A stretch of DNA of 25,706 nt from a virus (lineage: Duplodnaviria > Caudoviricetes): the IMG/VR virus record IMGVR_UViG_3300044724_009660, positions 1-25,706 of that record. One strand, 5' to 3'. This document shows, one piece after another, positions 24,301-25,706 of this stretch. Below the pieces are notes generated by a model. That model was given only the letters and a program-made list of their open reading frames with translations, made no database searches and was not told the origin of the DNA. Numbering within the stretch: the stretch's first letter is position 1; each line of letters opens with the position of its first letter. Made by a program: the position numbers and the translations under genes.

Positions 24301-25706
24301 AGAGCCAAGAACACCCGCAAGCTGCACAGCCAAAAATACAGCAAAAATTAACCACATTATCATCCCTATTTTATATTCAATCTCAACTTCATCACCTGGA
24401 TATATGAAAAACAATTGATCCATCTGTAGTCCCACGTAAAGCTGTTCTACCAAGGGGTTCACTACAGTGTGAGTAATAGGATGCTCCTCTTCTTTTATTG
24501 TTGAAGTTAATTGACTTGCTACACTAGCTATAGAGTAAAACTTATCAGCTATATTTAAGTACCTAGTTTTTGATAATTTATCACTTTCTTCATCAGCTTG
24601 TAATCTAGTTATAACAAAAGATTCGCCAATCTTTTCCCAAAAAACCCACTTAACCAGAAAACTGTGATCAAAGTTTCTTTCTCTCTCTTGAATCTTTACA
24701 TAAAGATTTCCATTAAATGTTCCATATCCAGTGATTGCCAATTTCTCTGTATTAGTAAAAGATTTATATATCTTAAAGCTATCTCCGTGTTGAGGTAGGT
24801 ATGTAAATTCTTCGTCGACCCTAACTTCTCCTACTTGGTTCCCTTCTGGATCTAAAGCTTTATAGCCTAATATATTTCTTACCTCTCCGCTTAGTTCTAT
24901 TTGGAAACCAGCATAATAATCATCATTACTGTTAGTTAAATTTGTCTTAAACACCATTCTCCCGGCTGTAGAAAACTCCTCACCACTATCTTGATTCGTA
25001 TAAGAATCATCAATAACACCCTCCTGTTCCCACCTGCTATTTACTTGATTAAATACATATTCAGATTCGCTAAAAAATACATTTTGTTTATCTGTTTCTG
25101 TTGCAGTCCTCACATTCACACCACTTCCGGATGTTACCTGTATAAAGTCTTCGAGCGGTGCGATATCTGAATTTATTAAAATGTTTACATTTCCAGAATT
25201 TTTCTTTTTTTCTTCGTTTATGAATTTTTTAAATTCATCTATAGCTTGAGCCTCTGTGTTATTTTGTCCATAAAAATAATCTTTACTGTATGTTTCGTCA
25301 GCAACCTCCTGTATTACAGATGTATTCCCATACATATTACTAATATATTCTCCCTTGCTGTCCTGTATTAAACCGGTTGGGTCATCAAGAGAAAAGGGTA
25401 TATAAATTTCATCGGGAGATTTAATTAATATCTGTTCCCATAATTCAGGCTTAGAGTTTGGTGTTATATCGTGAACTTCCTTTTTTACTACCGAACTAAT
25501 ATAAGAAGTGTGTTGAGATATTTTTTCATTATAAAAATCTGTAGTGTTTATCTTTTTTAAACTATCTACGGCATTTTGTAAAATATAATGGAAATCCAAA
25601 GATACACTCGGTCCTGCTCCAGGTGTTGTTTGCATTGTTAAGATTTGGAGGCCCATATAACCTAATGCAGAGCCCTCAATTTGCCTATCAGGAGCACTAC
25701 CTGTAA
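21316..25706 (-). CDS. Tail tip/host-specificity protein, lambda gpJ (TipJ)-like, 5'-truncated by the window
   Basis: NYPNSVVVG...VPNRKYHIK...IPSNYNPETKVY.GNWNG.FK...WADNPAWCLHDLM...YG.G...IDKWTLY...YCDE, EPRYTVN, FGITSRGQAKR and LRPGDII. The frame has no stop between the track's ATG 25656 and the window edge (TGSAPDRQIEGSALGY-M), so the true start probably lies upstream. Confidence 0.9.
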   Translation of the reverse strand, partial: TGSAPDRQIEGSALGYMGLQILTMQTTPGAGPSVSLDFHYILQNAVDSLKKINTTDFYNEKISQHTSYISSVVKKEVHDITPNSKPELWEQILIKSPDEIYIPFSLDDPTGLIQDSKGEYISNMYGNTSVIQEVADETYSKDYFYGQNNTEAQAIDEFKKFINEEKKKNSGNVNILINSDIAPLEDFIQVTSGSGVNVRTATETDKQNVFFSESEYVFNQVNSRWEQEGVIDDSYTNQDSGEEFSTAGRMVFKTNLTNSNDDYYAGFQIELSGEVRNILGYKALDPEGNQVGEVRVDEEFTYLPQHGDSFKIYKSFTNTEKLAITGYGTFNGNLYVKIQERERNFDHSFLVKWVFWEKIGESFVITRLQADEESDKLSKTRYLNIADKFYSIASVASQLTSTIKEEEHPITHTVVNPLVEQLYVGLQMDQLFFIYPGDEVEIEYKIGMIMWLIFAVFLAVQLAGVLGSFGIAVIIPVFNFGFFAFVGLIAIIGIGAALIGSKSTKFKIGTRIENSGELWPNRAKFRIRYGNVGEELYSTDVYFYGIVTSSYRKDVKIFLPPNPNNKDRIIKVYRLNRERNPVEEGEQVYRYKQKMLLSSITEITPTRLNYPNSVVVGTRVNARDIGSSVPNRKYHIKMKKVAIPSNYNPETKVYRGNWNGLFKGEDFDTGYVPEEEKSWADNPAWCLHDLMSNKSYGGGKFGIKYENIDKWTLYKVAKYCDEFIPTGYTPKYQKRFFKISPLNDKTVIIFEPSDFNNNFITFLQELGNIQTSIAMYYADNNGGFFEENNKYDRRKIVRVYREYFTSLEGGDSVFALQLDEEVQYEAGYCVTEFDHPIVEPRYTVNALIMQEQNAFKIINEFAAIFRTYIYWSAGAVNFFQDQEKEALMFFNNTNISKEGFSYKSTSKVERNNICKMRFLDKFNEFKPKIEVSEEREFVIQNNINDQNIDGFGITSRGQAKRAAQFITKTDNLETEMVQFKTDTVGAYLRPGDIIEVLDNKRTVGRFSGKIKNVRFEEGGKLMNIYIDYPIPSYINPAEDSSWKNIKVYDLSEYETMQSLDLVAVLGEADDDTISNMRKTQFTELRVVGLSENKEKLTVIANIYEYIPGEFTFKEAIKDAQFRGGELASITSDTESYISKIAMPQDDDVVAWMGGFDNDNSDILGYEWLLPKSVNPEITYFNWMPEYSGFESSSEDLDFFSTDPVPSNVNQLDNLRYTVEQDGEVYLIKDAEGNVVSQHPTESEASNQVNSLNQVEHGGFLAIKGSLNNNKHAKWISIGPNQKHGYLLERKLDEELTLTRYRDIVNKSFIIEDAVNLAKPKTYRVLNIVEESNTTYKIEASQYNPEKFREIEENLKLENPVSPVIFTERRIEDQKDNIELDFQEVLDESGGVIQQTIKMAFYTEELPPYFKIVYYFGYEVLGVFEVRREQLDRRYADQMYLHEYILSEVYDKSRVRADVFLIY

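Noticed and set aside
493-24418. Many antisense or nested ORFs in the track (e.g. 493-690, 1422-1817, 1839-2123, 3434-3727, 7245-7529, 13812-13997, 16787-17218, 17506-17907, 24089-24418)
   Set aside because: They are shadow frames of well-supported genes or AT-rich promoter DNA, with no recognisable motifs.
1-25706. Stop-codon reassignment, introns/inteins, tRNAs, CRISPR arrays or DGR
   Set aside because: TAA, TAG and TGA all end genes at sensible positions; NrdA, DnaB and RecA are of normal length and uninterrupted; intergenic gaps are short and show no cloverleaf, repeat-spacer array or reverse transcriptase.

Overview
A densely coded, AT-rich segment of a large dsDNA tailed bacteriophage genome that uses the standard genetic code. 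The left arm (minus strand, 1-13861) encodes a replication/recombination operon: a primase cut off by the window edge, a DnaB helicase, a DUF559-like nuclease and RecA. It continues with a multi-domain adhesin-like protein, a holin-like membrane protein, a J-domain-like protein, class I ribonucleotide reductase nrdB/nrdA and a sugar cluster (gmd, a GT11 fucosyltransferase-like gene and a putative GT-A-like enzyme). A divergent promoter hub with a 20-bp palindrome lies at 13855-13997. The right arm (plus strand, 13998-21322) encodes a phage sigma70-family factor, SSB, a GT4 glycosyltransferase and three small proteins. These are followed by a Whirly-like protein, a GT4/Zn-ribbon/DUF4214-like/half-GT9 fusion, a protein starting with the other GT9 half, and a Rad52/Sak-like annealase. 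A large TipJ/gpJ-like tail protein converges from the right edge. The most notable observations are: (1) an apparent plant-Whirly-like ssDNA-binding protein; (2) a GT9 enzyme split across two translationally coupled genes, in an operon that mixes glycosyltransferases with ssDNA-binding proteins; (3) an RNR small subunit with the class Ic (Mn/Fe, radical-Tyr-less) signature; (4) a recurring GTGTA-N9/10-ATG motif plus near-consensus sigma70 promoters that abut start codons, implying leaderless expression. All family calls are from motif recognition by eye; no searches were run.
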